Shown here: positions 1 to 10,089 of the stretch, piece by piece
Numbering within the stretch: position 1 is the stretch's first letter
How the letters are laid out: each line of letters begins with the position of its first letter
NCBI GenBank assembly: GCA_043797125.1
Contig: JAZDPX010000012.1
Span: 24,376 to 88,375 of the forward strand
Length of the DNA stretch: 64,000 nt
Direction of reading: 5' to 3'
Source of the DNA: Candidatus Omnitrophota bacterium
Lineage (GTDB): Bacteria > Omnitrophota > Gorgyraeia > JABMRG01 > JAFGKX01
Notes under the pieces: generated by a model
Seen by the model: only the letters and a program-made list of their open reading frames with translations
Told to the model about the DNA's origin: nothing
The model's database searches: none
Made by a program: the position numbers and the translations under genes

Positions 1-6
1 GAAATC

Positions 7-1548
7 GTGGGAAAACATTTTAAGGAAATAATACATCCTGATGATATTAATGCCATTGACCGCGAGAGAGTCCTGCCTAAATACGCAGGCAAGGTAACCG
101 GCGATACAAACGCGCCCAAGCTTTTTAACGAAAGAAGGACGAACGGTCGAATGACAAAAGACCTGCAGGTTAAACTTTTGCTAAAAGGCGCTAAAGACTT
201 ATTGCAGGATTACCGGTATGTTGAGATATGTTCCTCGGGAAAATGGCTTAAACTTGCCAAGGAAGGCAATAGAGAGTTTGTAGGTAGTATCGGGATTATC
301 ACGGATATCACAGAGCGCAAAAAGGCCCAGGAGGCGCTTGAGAAAGCAAAAAAAGAGCTGGAGATACAGGCTTGGGGGTTAAAAAAGACAAACGAAGGCG
401 TAAAGCTGCTCTATAAAGAATTGGAAGAAAGGAATAAGCGGCTTCAGAAGCTTGATCAGCTAAAATCTGATTTTATTTCCACGGTTTCGCATGAGTTGCG
501 CACACCTCTTTCCATTACAAAAGAGGGCTTAAACCTTATTTTAGATAAAATCGCAGGCGACATTACACAAAAGCAGCATGAGATACTTACTGTTTCAAGA
601 GACAATATAGACCGCCTGGCGCGGATGATAAACAACCTGCTTGATGTATCAAAAATAGAGGCAGGCAAAGTAGAATTAAAAAAGTCACTTTTTAATATAA
701 ATAACCTGATATCCGAGCTCGCATTCACTTTTGAGCCTAAATTAAAGAGCAAAGGGTTAGAACTTAAATTAAGCCTCACTAAAGACGAAATTAATATTTT
801 TGCCGACGCGGATAAAATTACCCAAACTTTTACCAACCTGATATATAATGCCATAAAGTTTACTGAAAAAGGTTTTATAGAAATTTCAGCAAAAGAAAAA
901 GAGAATGAGGTTGAGTTTTCTGTGTCAGATACCGGTAAAGGCATAGCAAAAGAAGACCTGCCTAAACTATTCAGCAAGTTTGAGCAGTTTGGACGCATGC
1001 ATGGTTCGGGGGATAAAGGCACGGGCCTGGGCCTTTCCATAGCTAAGAGCATAGTAGAGCTGCACAAGGGTATGATTTGGGCTGAAAGCACGCTTGGCGA
1101 AGGAACAAAGTTTATTTTTACTTTACCGAAGTATACGAGCGAAGGCGTATTGAAAGAGCATATTGATAAAGCTATAGCAGATGCGCAAGAAAAGAATTCT
1201 AAGCTGTCTGTTATCGCGGTATCCCTTGCCAGCTCTGATAGATTAAATGAGGCGTTGCCCGATGAGAAAATACAGTCTGTGTTAAAAGATATTGAAAATA
1301 TACTTGATAGCAGTCTGCTTCGTTCCGAGGATATATCAGTTAAGGCTACGGGCGAGATAATAGTTGTTTTAGCTGATTGCGATAAAGAGAGCGCGTTGAA
1401 AGTAAGGTTAAGAATTGAGCAGGCTATACGTAACTACTTGACCAGCAGGGAATTGACTGATAAAATTAAGCTGCTATTTAGCTGTATTACCTATCCCGAT
1501 GAGGCAAAGACTTCTGAGGAGATAGTAAAAAAGACAAAGGGTATATAA
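7..1548 (+). CDS. PAS-domain sensor histidine kinase with C-terminal degenerate GGDEF-like domain (5'-truncated by window edge)
   Basis: PAC end (ITDITERKKA), H-box SHELRTPL, N-box NLIYNAIKF, G-boxes DTGKGI and GTGLGL; C-terminal ~130 aa is GGDEF-like but lacks the motif. Confidence 0.9.
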   Translation: MGKHFKEIIHPDDINAIDRERVLPKYAGKVTGDTNAPKLFNERRTNGRMTKDLQVKLLLKGAKDLLQDYRYVEICSSGKWLKLAKEGNREFVGSIGIITDITERKKAQEALEKAKKELEIQAWGLKKTNEGVKLLYKELEERNKRLQKLDQLKSDFISTVSHELRTPLSITKEGLNLILDKIAGDITQKQHEILTVSRDNIDRLARMINNLLDVSKIEAGKVELKKSLFNINNLISELAFTFEPKLKSKGLELKLSLTKDEINIFADADKITQTFTNLIYNAIKFTEKGFIEISAKEKENEVEFSVSDTGKGIAKEDLPKLFSKFEQFGRMHGSGDKGTGLGLSIAKSIVELHKGMIWAESTLGEGTKFIFTLPKYTSEGVLKEHIDKAIADAQEKNSKLSVIAVSLASSDRLNEALPDEKIQSVLKDIENILDSSLLRSEDISVKATGEIIVVLADCDKESALKVRLRIEQAIRNYLTSRELTDKIKLLFSCITYPDEAKTSEEIVKKTKGI

Positions 1549-1550
1549 AC

Positions 1551-1937
1551 ATGGGAGCAAAAATGGGTGAAAAAAAGATTTTGGTGATAGACGATGAGGC
1601 AGATATCCTCGATGTCGTCAGCGCCTTGTTAAAATTTAACGGCTATGAAGTAGATACCGCAGGCGATGGCCTTGAAGGATTGGAAAAGGCAAGTTTAGGA
1701 AAGCCGGATTTAATTCTTTTGGATATTAAAATGGCCCAGGTTGACGGCTATACTGTTTTACGTAAATTAAAACAAAACCAGCTTACAAAACACATTCCCG
1801 TTATTGTTATGACTGTTTACGATAAAATGAGAGACCTGTTTGAAGCCGAGGGCATAGCTGATTATATTGTTAAGCCCTATGACGACCAGGATCTTTTGCT
1901 AAGGGTGGCGAGGATAATAAAAGAAGGAAAGAGGTGA
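1551..1937 (+). CDS. Single-domain response regulator (CheY-like)
   Basis: ILVIDDE, LILLDIKM phosphoacceptor, KP motif. Confidence 0.9.
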   Translation: MGAKMGEKKILVIDDEADILDVVSALLKFNGYEVDTAGDGLEGLEKASLGKPDLILLDIKMAQVDGYTVLRKLKQNQLTKHIPVIVMTVYDKMRDLFEAEGIADYIVKPYDDQDLLLRVARIIKEGKR

Positions 1938-1943
1938 TAGGCC

Positions 1944-2312
1944 TTGGACAAAAAAAAGATATTGATAGTTGATGACGAGGTTCAGTTAGTTGAGATGGTT
2001 AAGATGCGGCTTGAGGCCAATAACTACGATGTTATTACCGCGCATGACGGCGATGAAGCCATAGAAAAGGCAAGATTGAGCCCGGATTTGATTCTTTTGG
2101 ATGTTATGATGCCTAAGTCAGATGGTTTTGAGGTGGCTAAAAAGCTAAAGGCCAATTCCAAGACACAACCTATACCCATAATTATGTTTACCGCAAGAAG
2201 CGAATCAGAGGCAACTAAAAAGGCGCTTGACGCTGGGGCTTATGACTATATTGTAAAACCATTTAACCCTGTGGTGTTGTTAAATAAAGTTAAGGACGCG
2301 TTAAAAAAATAG
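1944..2312 (+). CDS. Single-domain response regulator (CheY-like)
   Basis: ILIVDDE, LILLDVMMP, FTA, KPF; TTG start. Confidence 0.9.
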   Translation: MDKKKILIVDDEVQLVEMVKMRLEANNYDVITAHDGDEAIEKARLSPDLILLDVMMPKSDGFEVAKKLKANSKTQPIPIIMFTARSESEATKKALDAGAYDYIVKPFNPVVLLNKVKDALKK

Positions 2313-2330
2313 GAGCTTGAAGCTAACTAT

Positions 2331-4025
2331 ATGGAAAAAGATATATTAAATATTTTGGTTGAGGAAGGGCTGATTACCTCTAAACAGCTCGATGAGATAA
2401 AAGGCGAACAAAAATTAACCAATCTTACGGCGCAGAAAATTTTGCTTAGCAAAGGCTATATAAGCGACGAGCAGCTTGCAAAAGCGCAAGGCAAGGTTAT
2501 GGATGTCGGGTATATAAAGCTCTCAGATATAAAAATTGACGCGCAGGTTATACAAATGGTGCCTATGGATGTGGCGCGCAGATACAACGCAGTTCCGGCA
2601 AAGATGCAGGGCAATGACCTTTACGTAGCTTTTATTAACCCCGCGGATTTACCAGCCAGAAACGAAATAAGACTGCTTACGGGCTGCGTAATAAAGCCGA
2701 TGATAACAACCGAAAAAGAGATAGTGCAGGCCATAAGCAAATATTATAAGGTTGAAGACTCCGGCAAACAGGCGCTTATCGATATGCGCGTTAAGGAGCT
2801 TAAGGACAAAAAGAAGGAAAAGGCCTCTGCCCAAACGCAGGAACAAGTAGACAAACTGGAAGACATGCCTGTTGTGCGCTTAGTAAACGATATTATTGCC
2901 GGAGCTATAAACGCAAAAGCCAGCGACATACATTTAGAGCCGCAGGATCCCGAGATGAGGGTCCGTTACAGGATAGACGGAATTTTACACGATGTAATGA
3001 AGGTGCCAAAACATATCGAGTCAGCCGTAATTTCCCGTATTAAGATTATGTCTAATCTGGATATTACCGAGAGACGACGCCCGCAGGACGGCCACATTAC
3101 AATAAAAAAAGAAGCCAAGGATTATGATTTCAGAATTTCAACGCTTTTGACTATAAACGGAGAAAAGGTAGTTATAAGGATTTTAGACAGGGCCAGCATG
3201 CTGATAAGCTTGGAAAGATTAGGTCTTACGTCATATGATCAGAAAATTTTCAGGTCATTGGTTGATAAGCCTTACGGCATGGTATTGGTTACAGGCCCGA
3301 CAGGAAGCGGCAAGACCACGACGCTATACGCTGTTTTAAGCCAGCTTAACAAAAACGAACGCAATATCATTACCATAGAAAATCCTGTTGAATACAAGCT
3401 AAACGGCATAAACCAGATTCAGGTGGATAGCGGAGTTAATATGACATTCGCAACAGGCTTAAGAACCATCTTAAGGCAGGATCCTGATATTATAATGGTC
3501 GGTGAAATCAGAGACAAGGAGACAGCGGAGATAGCAATTCATGCGGCATTGACAGGCCATTTGGTTTTTAGCACCCTGCATACCAACGATGCGCCCAGCG
3601 CTGTAACGCGTTTGGTAGATATGGGGGTGGAGCCGTTTTTAATCTCATCTACCGTAATAGGCGCGATAGCGCAGAGGCTGTGCAGGGTCATCTGCCCCGA
3701 ATGCAAACAGGAATATTCCCCGTCACAAGACGAACTAAATATTTTAGAACACAAAGCGCAGGATACAAAATTAGTCCATGGCAAAGGATGTGATTTCTGC
3801 TATCACACCGGTTTTAAGGGCCGCAGCGCCATTTTTGAAGTTATGAAGATAAGCGAGGCAATTGCGCAGCTTATATTGGATATGCGCCCGGTGCCGGAAA
3901 TAAAAGCGCAGGCAATGAAAGAGGGCATGAAGACGCTGAGGCAGAACGGCATACAGAAGGTGCTGGATAAAATTTCCACAATAGCAGAAGTAAAAAGGGT
4001 AGTTTATACAGAGGAAAATAAATAG
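2331..4025 (+). CDS. pilB: Type IV pilus/T2SS assembly ATPase (PilB/GspE family)
   Basis: ASDIHLEP, Walker A GPTGSGKT, LRQDPDIIMVGEIRD, His box, tetracysteine motif, MshEN-like N-terminus. Confidence 0.92.
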   Translation: MEKDILNILVEEGLITSKQLDEIKGEQKLTNLTAQKILLSKGYISDEQLAKAQGKVMDVGYIKLSDIKIDAQVIQMVPMDVARRYNAVPAKMQGNDLYVAFINPADLPARNEIRLLTGCVIKPMITTEKEIVQAISKYYKVEDSGKQALIDMRVKELKDKKKEKASAQTQEQVDKLEDMPVVRLVNDIIAGAINAKASDIHLEPQDPEMRVRYRIDGILHDVMKVPKHIESAVISRIKIMSNLDITERRRPQDGHITIKKEAKDYDFRISTLLTINGEKVVIRILDRASMLISLERLGLTSYDQKIFRSLVDKPYGMVLVTGPTGSGKTTTLYAVLSQLNKNERNIITIENPVEYKLNGINQIQVDSGVNMTFATGLRTILRQDPDIIMVGEIRDKETAEIAIHAALTGHLVFSTLHTNDAPSAVTRLVDMGVEPFLISSTVIGAIAQRLCRVICPECKQEYSPSQDELNILEHKAQDTKLVHGKGCDFCYHTGFKGRSAIFEVMKISEAIAQLILDMRPVPEIKAQAMKEGMKTLRQNGIQKVLDKISTIAEVKRVVYTEENK

Positions 4026-5114
4026 ATGCAGGAATTAAAACGCACATCAATATTATTCAGGACATACAGTAGATTATCTTCTGACGATCTGGTGACTTTT
4101 AGCCAGCAGTTTGCTTCTATGCTGGGAGCGGGGCTCTCACTTATAAGATGCCTGGACGCTTTGGAAAAGCAGACAGAAAACATGATTTTAAAAAAAGTGA
4201 TTAAGGATGTGCGCTTAAACATAGAAGGGGGCAGCTCATTTTCAGAGGCTCTGGCTAAACACCCTAAAGTCTTTTCGGATTTTTTCATAAGCCTTGTAAG
4301 CGCAGGCGAGAAAGCAGGTGTTATGCCCGAAGTTTTAGACAGGCTGGCAAGCTATTTGGAAAGCCAGCAGGCTTTAAGGCAAAAAGTAAAAAGCGCGTTT
4401 GCATACCCGACTATTGTAGGAGCGCTCGCGCTTTTGGTCATGGCGTTTTTGGTTGTGGTAATCGTGCCCATATTTAAGGATATATATGCGCGCATACATG
4501 TGCCGCTTCCCGCCCCGACTGTGGCGTTAATCACGGTGAGCAATATTGCCGTTAAATTCTGGTGGGCGTTGCTTTTTTTTGTTGCCGGAGTTATTATCGG
4601 GTATTATCGGATAAAAGATATACCTGTGGTAAGAAGGCAAATAGATAATTTTAAAATTAATATGCCGGCTTTTGGAAATGTTGTGCGAAAGGCGGCGGTT
4701 TCCCGTTTTATCAGGACATTCGGCGATATGTTAAGAAGCGGCGTTTCAGTGCTGCAGGCTATAGATGTTTCTGAAAAGGTCGCGAAAAATATTGTTATAT
4801 CGGAACTTGCGCGAAGAATGAAAGAAAATGTGCGCCGCGGAGGCTTAATTACCGAGCCGCTTCTGGGGGACCAGAGGATATTTCCTCCTTCGGTAGTGCA
4901 GATGATGGCTGCCGGCGAGGAAAGCGGCACTTTGCCGCATATGCTCCAGAAAAGCGCGGATACATTAGATAGGGATGTGGATACAGCGGTAAAAAGGCTT
5001 GTTGTTAAGGTAGAGCCTATTTTGACTATGCTGTTGGCGGCATTTGTCGCTTTTATCGCATTGGCGATATATCTGCCTATCTTTGATCTAATTAAACAAA
5101 TAAGCGCAAAATGA
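4026..5114 (+). CDS. pilC: Inner-membrane platform protein (PilC/GspF family)
   Basis: FSQQFASMLGAGL, GE-x-G motifs in both halves, AYP before first TM, EP before last TM. Confidence 0.9.
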   Translation: MQELKRTSILFRTYSRLSSDDLVTFSQQFASMLGAGLSLIRCLDALEKQTENMILKKVIKDVRLNIEGGSSFSEALAKHPKVFSDFFISLVSAGEKAGVMPEVLDRLASYLESQQALRQKVKSAFAYPTIVGALALLVMAFLVVVIVPIFKDIYARIHVPLPAPTVALITVSNIAVKFWWALLFFVAGVIIGYYRIKDIPVVRRQIDNFKINMPAFGNVVRKAAVSRFIRTFGDMLRSGVSVLQAIDVSEKVAKNIVISELARRMKENVRRGGLITEPLLGDQRIFPPSVVQMMAAGEESGTLPHMLQKSADTLDRDVDTAVKRLVVKVEPILTMLLAAFVAFIALAIYLPIFDLIKQISAK

Positions 5115-5137
5115 GTCGTTATAAAGTTTGTTTTTTT

Positions 5138-5235
5138 ACACAGATGATCGCAGATTAGAAGAAACAGACGATCACAGATTATTTTCCCACGTATCTGTGA
5201 TCATCTTGTATCTTTTCATCTGTGCTAATCTGCGC
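5138..5235. repeat. Intergenic palindromic element of CAGAT/ATCTG units
   Basis: ACACAGATGATCGCAGAT..ACAGACGATCACAGAT followed by inverted ATCTGTGATCATCT..ATCTGTGCTAATCTGCG. Confidence 0.7.
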
Positions 5236-5263
5236 AAAGACAATCAGTACAAAATGAGAGGGG

Positions 5264-5596
5264 GTGAAGAGTATGTTTAGCGAAAAAAGAGCTTTTACAT
5301 TGATAGAAATTCTGTTTGTAATAATTGTTATCGCGGTGTTGGCGGCAATTGCCATACCCAGAATTGTAACCAGCACGGCAACAGCAAAGACAAACGCCTG
5401 CTTGGCTAACCAGTCTATTATGGATACGCAGATTGAGCAATACCATATGGATACAGGAAACTGGCCTGGCACTTTAGCTACCGTTACGGGGAATACGTCA
5501 TATTTTCCAGATGGCGCGCCTACCTGTCCGGAAAGCGGCACTTATTCTATGAACGGAACTACGTATAGAACAAGTTGCAGCAATAGCGACCATTAA
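5264..5596 (+). CDS. Small type IV pilin/pseudopilin (probable major pilin; start may be ATG 5273)
   Basis: Class III signal KRA|FTLIE, hydrophobic helix, C-terminal Cys pair. Confidence 0.88.
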   Translation: MKSMFSEKRAFTLIEILFVIIVIAVLAAIAIPRIVTSTATAKTNACLANQSIMDTQIEQYHMDTGNWPGTLATVTGNTSYFPDGAPTCPESGTYSMNGTTYRTSCSNSDH

Positions 5597-5600
5597 TAAT

Positions 5601-6038
5601 ATGAAGCGTAAGATTAGGGCGGGTTATACCTTTATCGAACTTGTGTTTGTCATATTGGTAGTGGCTATATTGGCGGCAGTAGCGCTATTTCGCCCTGGTT
5701 TTGATTTTACTGTCAAGGCCAAGGTAAGAACAGCTGCCCAACGCCTGGTTTCTGATTTGCGCCTTACCAGAACGCTGGCCGTTACAAATAATGAAAATTA
5801 TAAACTTGTAATTGACCAGAACAACAATGAATACAGTATTTTTGATTCGGGCAATACGCAGTCAGGCGCTACCAGGACCGTTGATTCTAATATTACGCTG
5901 ACCGGCGATACGGAATTTATTTTTCAAGCCCTTGGTAATGCCTCAAGCGGAAGCAGCGCTTCGCTTGAGGCAGAGTCGAATCAGTATAACATCGACGTAG
6001 TTTCAGTCACAGGCATGGTAAACATGCAAGAGCAATAG
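5601..6038 (+). CDS. Minor pilin, FimT/GspH-like
   Basis: RAG|YTFIE prepilin motif; AAQRLVSDLRLTRTLAV helix. Confidence 0.8.
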   Translation: MKRKIRAGYTFIELVFVILVVAILAAVALFRPGFDFTVKAKVRTAAQRLVSDLRLTRTLAVTNNENYKLVIDQNNNEYSIFDSGNTQSGATRTVDSNITLTGDTEFIFQALGNASSGSSASLEAESNQYNIDVVSVTGMVNMQEQ

Positions 6039-6437
6039 ATGAATAAAAGAGGGTTTACGCTCATAGAGGCCATAGCATCCGTGCTTCTTATAGGGGTGGC
6101 TATTGTGCCCATAGCGAAGATTTTGACTCAAAGTTTTGTTATAAGTACCAAGGAAGAAAGATTTACCAAGGTCGTATTTTTGGCAGAAAGAAAAATTGAA
6201 GAGGTTAAGAACAAGGCCTTATATGATTTTAATACGGACAGGGATCAAAGCGCGACAGCATTTACCGATACAGGTTTTACAAATTATAAATATACAGTTG
6301 CTGATAATATTATTGAAGATGACGATTCGGCATTAAAGCAGATTCAGGTAATAGTCTGGCATGATGAGGATAACGATAATGCTGTTGATGCTAACGAAGA
6401 GTCAATTACGCTTGATACTAAAATTGCAGAAAGATAA
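6039..6437 (+). CDS. Minor pilin, PilV/GspI-like
   Basis: KRG|FTLIE; LAERKIEE motif. Confidence 0.8.
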   Translation: MNKRGFTLIEAIASVLLIGVAIVPIAKILTQSFVISTKEERFTKVVFLAERKIEEVKNKALYDFNTDRDQSATAFTDTGFTNYKYTVADNIIEDDDSALKQIQVIVWHDEDNDNAVDANEESITLDTKIAER

Positions 6438-7551
6438 GGAAAAATTTGTAACGGGGTTTACACTTACAGAAGTGCTCTTTGTGGTGTTGTTGATTGCTTT
6501 ATTGATAGCGGTTGTGTATCCTTATCTTAGGGCTACGCACACCGGGTGGAAGACGCTTGACAGAAGGCAGGAAGTGATTCAGAATGCTCGCGTCGGAATG
6601 GATAAGATGAACAGATTGTTAAGAGAGGCAACCGGGTTTACCAGCGTAACAGGCGCTTCTGATAATAACGGCAGGATTGTTTTTTTGGATAAAGATTCAA
6701 ATACAGTTGAATTTAAAAAATATAACGACGGGACAAACGACATGTTGGGATATGTTACGGGCGCTAACACATATTCCCTGGCAGGGCCGATAGAGGCACT
6801 TACATTTACCTGCTATAAAGAAGACGGCGTGACTACGACTACCACAGCTTCTGATATTAAGTCTGTTGAAGTTAAAATGGTGGTTGCGGATAGCGAGTCA
6901 GAAGTGCCTTCGCAGACATTTATATCAAGAATCTTTTACCGGAAGGATACGGCAACCGCTATTGTAATAAACGAGATTTTATATTATCCGTGTAATGATA
7001 CAGGTTCTGATAAAGAGAGAGAATTTGAATTTATCGAAGTATATAATAACGGCGCCGAAAATATTGATCTTAACGGCTGGCAGATCCAGGATAGCGGCGG
7101 CACAGACACAGATATTATCGAGGCATATGGCGCAAGCTCAACAATATTGACCGCAGGCGAATACGCTGTTATCGGCGCAAAAGACACTAAGATATTTACC
7201 AAGCTGAATATAACATGCGACATTAAATTAAAAACCAATGATAACGAGTTTGGCGATAATAAGTTGGGAAATTCCAACGATACTGTTGTTTTAAAAAATT
7301 CAGGCGGCGTTCAGATAGACAGCGTTTCCTATTCATCAAGCTGGGGTGGCGGCTATAGCCAAACTGGCAACACAGGTACATCGTATTCATTGGAGAGAAT
7401 AGACCCATCCGGAACTTCCAATGATTCCGGCAACTGGGACCAGAATGAAAGCGCAAGCCCGAATGCTGTCGTTGTTTTGGGATCAGGCAGTAATAAAGTT
7501 ACAGTATCGTTTTATTGCACGCCGGGAGAACTAAACAGTGTATCTGACTGA
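6424..7551 (+). CDS. Minor pilin (PilW/GspJ-like) fused to a C-terminal lamin-tail-like domain
   Basis: G|FTLTE prepilin motif; C-terminal IVINEILYYP..EFIEVYN..IDLNGWQI..LGNSNDTVVL..SLER..TPG; probable TTG start 6424 rather than 6361. Confidence 0.8.
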   Translation: MQKDKEKFVTGFTLTEVLFVVLLIALLIAVVYPYLRATHTGWKTLDRRQEVIQNARVGMDKMNRLLREATGFTSVTGASDNNGRIVFLDKDSNTVEFKKYNDGTNDMLGYVTGANTYSLAGPIEALTFTCYKEDGVTTTTTASDIKSVEVKMVVADSESEVPSQTFISRIFYRKDTATAIVINEILYYPCNDTGSDKEREFEFIEVYNNGAENIDLNGWQIQDSGGTDTDIIEAYGASSTILTAGEYAVIGAKDTKIFTKLNITCDIKLKTNDNEFGDNKLGNSNDTVVLKNSGGVQIDSVSYSSSWGGGYSQTGNTGTSYSLERIDPSGTSNDSGNWDQNESASPNAVVVLGSGSNKVTVSFYCTPGELNSVSD

Positions 7552-7963
7552 TAAAAGAGGAGTAATGTTGCTGCTTGTAGTTTTTATTATTCTTGTTATG
7601 ACAGTTCTTGTAATCGGCTATCTGCAGGCTGCAACCACAGAGACAGAGATTATGCGAAACCACAAGATGTCTACCCAGGCGCTATATATCGCGGAAGCAG
7701 GAATAGAAGATGCAATATATACTATCAGGCAAACAGGAAACAGCCAGTGGGATGCTGGTTTCCAGAATAAAGAATTTCCAGCAGGTTCAGGCAACACCTA
7801 TACGGTTGTAGTTGATAATTCTAATTATCCGAGCGTTATTATAACGTCTGTTGCAACAGTTTCAAGCACATATCAAAGGGGAGTTGAGGCGGAGATAGCT
7901 GTTTCAGGCCCGCCTACATCCGCCCCCTATCCTGTTAGCATGAATTATTGGAAGGAAGCATAA
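7538..7963 (+). CDS. PilX/GspK-like minor pilin
   Basis: KRG|VML without Glu5; QALYIAEAGIE motif; C-terminal WKE. Confidence 0.82.
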   Translation: MYLTDKRGVMLLLVVFIILVMTVLVIGYLQAATTETEIMRNHKMSTQALYIAEAGIEDAIYTIRQTGNSQWDAGFQNKEFPAGSGNTYTVVVDNSNYPSVIITSVATVSSTYQRGVEAEIAVSGPPTSAPYPVSMNYWKEA

Positions 7964-7969
7964 ACATAA

Positions 7970-9457
7970 ATGAGTATTTTTAAAAAAGGCACCCAGGCAG
8001 TTGGTTTGGATATCAACCAGGAAACAATCACTGTAATTGAGATTGCTAAGTCCAAACAGGGGTTTGTTCTTAAAAATATTGCAGCATGCCCTACGCCTTC
8101 CGGTTCAATAGAAAAAGGCATAATTGTTAACCCTAAAGCGCTTGGTAAAACGATTAAAGAGCTGTTTATCAAAAATAATATAAAATCAAGACAGGCAACT
8201 GTTGCGGTTTGGGGCCCCGGAGCGCTTGTTCATCTAAGCAAAATTCCAGCTATACCTGATAAAGAAATAAAAGAGGCATTAAAATCAGAGGTTTCCCATT
8301 ATATAGTTTTTGCCGGAGGCGAGACTGTTACGGATACATATAAACTTGAAGAGATAATAGATAATGGAGTTAAAAAAACTCAGGTATTGCTTGGTGTGGC
8401 AAAAAAGGATGTTGTTAATTCGTATGTTGAGGCCGCAAAATATGCCGGCCTTGAGTTAATCGCCATAGACATAGGCTGTTTAGCTGTTATGAGGGCATTA
8501 TATTCCAACGCATTGAGGGCTCAAAGCAATGAAGCAGTTGTTTTGGCGACTGTTGAAACGGAAAACACGGTCCTTTCCGTGCTAAGAGGAGGGATTTTAT
8601 CATATTCTTATAATATTGACGCGGGAAGCAGAGATAGGGAATTTGCATCTAAGCTAACTTTTGAGCTTAAGTCTGTTATTAACTATTATCAATCTGAACA
8701 TACAGAGGTTGTCAAAAAAATAGTCATAGCAGGCGAGATACAGAAACTCGGGGCAATAGAAAAGGATTTAAGCGCGGAGTTTGCGGGAATAGGCGTGGAA
8801 AAAGGCCTTGTTGGCGCTGATATTCAATACGACAAAAGCGCTTCTCCATTTTCTGTCAGGGCTGTCGGCCTTGCCATGCTGGCAAAAGGAGTAGGCGAGT
8901 ATCCGGTCAAGATAAACCTTCTTCCGGCAGAAGAGATAAAAATTCAAGAAGCAAAAATCCAGGTGCTTAAATTCTTGATTGCTCTGTGCTTTTTAATATT
9001 TTTAATATTAATATCCTTTGCAGCTATAAAATTATCTATTAAAGCAACAGCGTCAAAGATACTTGTTATTCAACAACAGTTGGAGAAGCCAAGCCCGCAG
9101 CTACAAAGGCTTTTGGGGATTGAGCAGGGCGCAAGAGCATATACAGGCGAAATAGAAAAGCAAAACGGCATTATTGACACGGCGGGTAAAGCTAAGGCAT
9201 CCGATTTGTTAGACGAGATAAGGCGCCTGACGCCAAAAGATGCGCGGCTGATTAAATTAACAAAAAAGGAGAACACGGTAATCTTTAGCGGCGAGGCAGT
9301 TTCGCAGGAAGCGGTATTTAATTTTGTTCGCAGCCTGAAAGGGTCAGGTTATTTTGAAGAAGCAAAGCTTCAAACAGCGGAATCTAAAAGCGATCAGGAA
9401 AAGACTTATATTGATTTTGCCATAATCTGTCAATTAAGTTCCGGAGAGAACCAATGA
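7970..9457 (+). CDS. PilM-PilN fusion protein
   Basis: N-terminal VGLDI actin-like PilM domain, then INLLP PilN motif, one TM and a periplasmic PilN-like domain. Confidence 0.82.
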   Translation: MSIFKKGTQAVGLDINQETITVIEIAKSKQGFVLKNIAACPTPSGSIEKGIIVNPKALGKTIKELFIKNNIKSRQATVAVWGPGALVHLSKIPAIPDKEIKEALKSEVSHYIVFAGGETVTDTYKLEEIIDNGVKKTQVLLGVAKKDVVNSYVEAAKYAGLELIAIDIGCLAVMRALYSNALRAQSNEAVVLATVETENTVLSVLRGGILSYSYNIDAGSRDREFASKLTFELKSVINYYQSEHTEVVKKIVIAGEIQKLGAIEKDLSAEFAGIGVEKGLVGADIQYDKSASPFSVRAVGLAMLAKGVGEYPVKINLLPAEEIKIQEAKIQVLKFLIALCFLIFLILISFAAIKLSIKATASKILVIQQQLEKPSPQLQRLLGIEQGARAYTGEIEKQNGIIDTAGKAKASDLLDEIRRLTPKDARLIKLTKKENTVIFSGEAVSQEAVFNFVRSLKGSGYFEEAKLQTAESKSDQEKTYIDFAIICQLSSGENQ

Positions 9458-10089
9458 CGTTTAATCCGCTTGAAGGCGTTTTAAAGTTCGTGTATAAATT
9501 AAAAATATACCAAAGGCTAATTCTTGCTTTGCTGACAATGTTTTTATGTTGCTATGCCGTGTATAATTCTCTTATTTCAGCGCAGCTTATTAATTTAAAT
9601 TCCATAAAAAAGCAGCTTATGGTGCAGGCAAACCTTATAGAGTCTAAGAGAGAGAAAACAAAACAGCTGCTGCAGCTCGAGGACGGTTATAATAAACTCC
9701 GCGAAGACATAAACAAAAAGAATATGAGATTTTTTAGCGACGAAGAAGCTATTGATTTTTTCAAAAATCTAAACAAATTAGTCGGTCAAGACTCCGGCAA
9801 CGAGCTCATTTTTATAAAGCCGCTGTCGGAAGATACTATCGGTGAATCATTGATAGACGGGGCCAGGTATATTTACAAAAGGTCAGATGTTCAGTTAATT
9901 ATAAGTGGAGGGTTTAGCTCCATATATGAACTTTTCAAGAAATTATCGGATTTTAATAAAGTTATTAGCATAAAGGATTTTGACATAGAACTCAAGCAGA
10001 GTGAAAACATGATGCTTAAATCTGATTTTGTCTTAAGTATATATATTTTAAGCCACAAGGAAGAAAAGACAATTGAAAACAACGCATAA
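9454..10089 (+). CDS. pilO: PilO/GspM-like protein
   Basis: N-terminal TM, coiled coil, C-terminal GGFSSIYELFKKL segment; follows pilMN. Confidence 0.7.
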   Translation: MTFNPLEGVLKFVYKLKIYQRLILALLTMFLCCYAVYNSLISAQLINLNSIKKQLMVQANLIESKREKTKQLLQLEDGYNKLREDINKKNMRFFSDEEAIDFFKNLNKLVGQDSGNELIFIKPLSEDTIGESLIDGARYIYKRSDVQLIISGGFSSIYELFKKLSDFNKVISIKDFDIELKQSENMMLKSDFVLSIYILSHKEEKTIENNA

